DNA from: Rhodothermales bacterium
Lineage (GTDB): Bacteria; Bacteroidota; Rhodothermia; Rhodothermales; Bin80
DNA length: 64,000 nt
Assembly (NCBI GenBank): GCA_965207385.1
Contig: CBDBLZ010000017.1
Coordinates: forward strand, 65,090-129,089
Reading direction: 5' to 3'
Below, piece after piece: positions 62,329 to 64,000 of this stretch (the stretch's first letter is position 1; the number at the start of each line of letters is the position of its first letter). The translations under genes and the position numbers were made by a program. The notes beneath the pieces are model-generated. The model saw nothing but the letters and a program-made list of their open reading frames with translations. It was not told the origin of the DNA and searched no databases.

Positions 62329-62713
62329 TTGCTATGCGTCCGTCCTGCTCCAGCGTGGCCCACTGGCCCGAGCGCAGCCGGCAAAAGTCGTCCTCCGACA
62401 GGCTTGCAACCGGCAGCACCTTGCCGTAGAGCTCCTCGGCCACAATCGAGGCCAGGGTCAGGAAGGCGTCCGGGCCGCAGGCAATCACGGCGGCCGGCGC
62501 CGTCCCCCGCCGCAGGGACTCCAATAGGACCGCCGTGGAGGTGCTTGAGCCGCGCGTGGCGGGAAGCGCGAGGATAGAAGCAGCGGCAACGCAGCCCGAA
62601 AGCGGATGCCTGCGGTCAATGATCTCACCGGTTGCAGCATCGTAGCCGCCCCAGAAGCTGAGCGGCTCCCGGCTGGCCAGCACCTTGCCGGCTGCCGGTC
62701 CCGCTACAAGCAT
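62306..62713 (-). CDS. DUF126 (aconitase X small subunit) protein, copy 2
   Basis: Identical to copy 1 except for two C-terminal residues (IAITDRTLS versus IVITDRTHS). Confidence 0.7.
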   Translation of the reverse strand: MLVAGPAAGKVLASREPLSFWGGYDAATGEIIDRRHPLSGCVAAASILALPATRGSSTSTAVLLESLRRGTAPAAVIACGPDAFLTLASIVAEELYGKVLPVASLSEDDFCRLRSGQWATLEQDGRIAITDRTLS

Positions 62714-62724
62714 ACGTGCCCGGA

Positions 62725-63984
62725 TCAACCCTTCCACGGCTCTTCGCTCAGCGTTACCCGCCCGCTCGCGGCGGACTCCACGCAGTCCCGCAGGCTCCCG
62801 TACACCACGCGGGTCCCCAGCAGCCCCGGCGCATAGTATGCGTACTTGGCAGAATTGGTCATGATGGTCCGCACGCGCCGCGGCAGCATGGGCGTGGTCA
62901 GAATGCACGTATCCACGGTCACCGCGCCGCCGAAAGCCTCCAGGTGCGCCAGATGCCCCTTTCGCATTGCCAGCTGCCGCATCGCGCGGCTTGAGGTAAC
63001 CAGGAATTGCACATCAACGTGCCTATGCCGTCCCTTGAGGAGGGGGGCCAAACGGCCAAACTCTGTGATGGAAAAATGCGGACTCCCCAGAATAACCATG
63101 TCCAGCGCTTCGCCCTCTGCTGTTGTGAGCTCGCGCCTGGCATCTCTCAGGCGGTCCAGCGTCACCTCCACCGTCCGCTCCGGCGCTTGGCCCTGGAAAG
63201 CTGCCTCCATGGTCGGCGCCTCGGGCGTTACGCCCACGAGGTGGAAGAGGGCAACCGCGCCCGAAGAGGCCATGGCTGCACCCAGCGCTTTCAGCGCGTC
63301 CTCGTCCGGCCGCACGTCCAGCCCCGCAAGCACCGGCACGGCATCCCTGGCTTCCTTTCCCACGAGGTGCCCCAGAACGCCGAAAAAGCCGTCGTCTTCC
63401 TGCACGGCCACCGGCACATCCACCAGCCGAATGAGGATACGTCCGGCCCTGTTCTCCTTCAGATGCAACCCGGCTGCCGGTGCCCGCCCCGTGATGGCGG
63501 CACAGATATCCAGAAGATCCGGGTACCGTTCGGTCCTGGCTCCCAGTACGGAATTGGCAAACACCACCGCACTGGATTCTCCCCAGGCCACCTGCTGTCC
63601 GAAGCTCGGGCGCGCGGCCTCCTGGTACGGAGCGCAGGTCCAGGTCGGCCGGCATCCCATTGCGGTGTAGGCCTTCATCTGCCTCCGTGCCGGCTCCGCC
63701 CAGTCCGCAGGGACGCTCCAGGCCTGCCAGCCGTGCACGTCCACGCCGCTCACGTTCAGCGTAGTCGGTACCACAACGCGCGCGCCGAGACCCGCCAGCC
63801 GCTCCGCGTATTCGAGCGTGGCCTGCCCCTGGTAAAGGCTGCTGTCCACGTGTGCGGCTTCGATATCGAGCAGGCTGTCGGTACGGAAAGCGGGCAGCAT
63901 GCGCACCAGGATGCGCATGGCCATGGCTGCTGCCGGACCCCGCTCTCCTGCGAGCGCGGCCCGGTCTGCTTCGCTGAGCTGCAT
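62725..63984 (-). CDS. DUF521 (aconitase X catalytic / large subunit) protein, full length
   Basis: 419-aa ORF with VDSSLYQGQATLEYAERL, PTWTCAPYQ, ESSAVVFANSVLGARTERYP and a C-terminus ending SEEPWKG. Confidence 0.75.
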   Translation of the reverse strand: MQLSEADRAALAGERGPAAAMAMRILVRMLPAFRTDSLLDIEAAHVDSSLYQGQATLEYAERLAGLGARVVVPTTLNVSGVDVHGWQAWSVPADWAEPARRQMKAYTAMGCRPTWTCAPYQEAARPSFGQQVAWGESSAVVFANSVLGARTERYPDLLDICAAITGRAPAAGLHLKENRAGRILIRLVDVPVAVQEDDGFFGVLGHLVGKEARDAVPVLAGLDVRPDEDALKALGAAMASSGAVALFHLVGVTPEAPTMEAAFQGQAPERTVEVTLDRLRDARRELTTAEGEALDMVILGSPHFSITEFGRLAPLLKGRHRHVDVQFLVTSSRAMRQLAMRKGHLAHLEAFGGAVTVDTCILTTPMLPRRVRTIMTNSAKYAYYAPGLLGTRVVYGSLRDCVESAASGRVTLSEEPWKG

Positions 63985-64000
63985 GGTACGTTGACTCCGG

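Larger units (their letters stand above)
61944..63243. repeat. direct repeat copy 2 (~1.3 kb)
   Basis: See copy 1. The ORF pairs 57518..58120 / 62306..62908 and 57818..58048 / 62606..62836 are near-identical at an offset of 4788. Confidence 0.9.

Noticed and set aside
61913-62527. 204-aa plus-strand ORF
   Set aside because: It is a chimera. A 3' mnmD fragment lost its stop through a 1-nt deletion and then reads antisense through DUF126 copy 2. I annotated it as a pseudogene fragment instead.

Overview
This is a high-GC bacterial chromosomal segment with about 58 protein-coding genes. I recognised no rRNA, tRNA, CRISPR array, transposase or integrase. A T9SS C-terminal sorting domain, a DUF2723 protein, an LptF/G permease and a DUF1800/DUF1501 pair suggest a high-GC member of the Bacteroidota/Rhodothermota-like (FCB) group; this is inference. 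Most of the window is housekeeping: ctaD, metF, ybeY, rsmI, accA, nadC, rnz, arginase, mnmD, an ABC-F ATPase and ABC exporters.

Three things stand out.

1. A tightly packed 10-gene minus-strand operon (17647 to 7570). It couples a CydA-like membrane haem protein (no CydB gene, no long Q-loop) and three c-type cytochromes (five CxxCH sites) to a self-contained maturation module. That module is a radical-SAM/SPASM enzyme, a ferredoxin, an Mrp/NBP35 Fe-S carrier, and five copies of a PCP_red-like (BchB/ChlB C-terminal type) motif spread over three proteins. I regard it as the best candidate for an undescribed system: a respiratory complex with a dedicated tetrapyrrole or cofactor tailoring and insertion set.

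2. Two ~1.3-kb direct repeats (57155-58455 and 61944-63243, offset 4788/4789 bp) flank a ~3.5-kb lower-GC insert. The flanking genes are reciprocally truncated (mnmD-DUF126-DUF521 fragment, then island, then mnmD fragment-DUF126-DUF521). This is the footprint of a single-crossover (Campbell-type) integration.

3. The insert carries a 604-aa lipoprotein-like protein with a Gly/Asp linker and a C-terminal HExxH domain. A signal-peptide partner gene follows 2 nt downstream, so this may be a toxin/immunity-like pair.

Also noted: two single-G frameshifts (an MBL-fold hydrolase; a beta-propeller repeat gene read through into a GDPD lipoprotein gene), a HigB/HigA-type TA pair beside degenerate DNA, and a DUF1501 protein with both a Tat signal and a T9SS sorting domain.

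All calls rest on reading the ORF translations and DNA by eye. No database search was run, and start codons are approximate.
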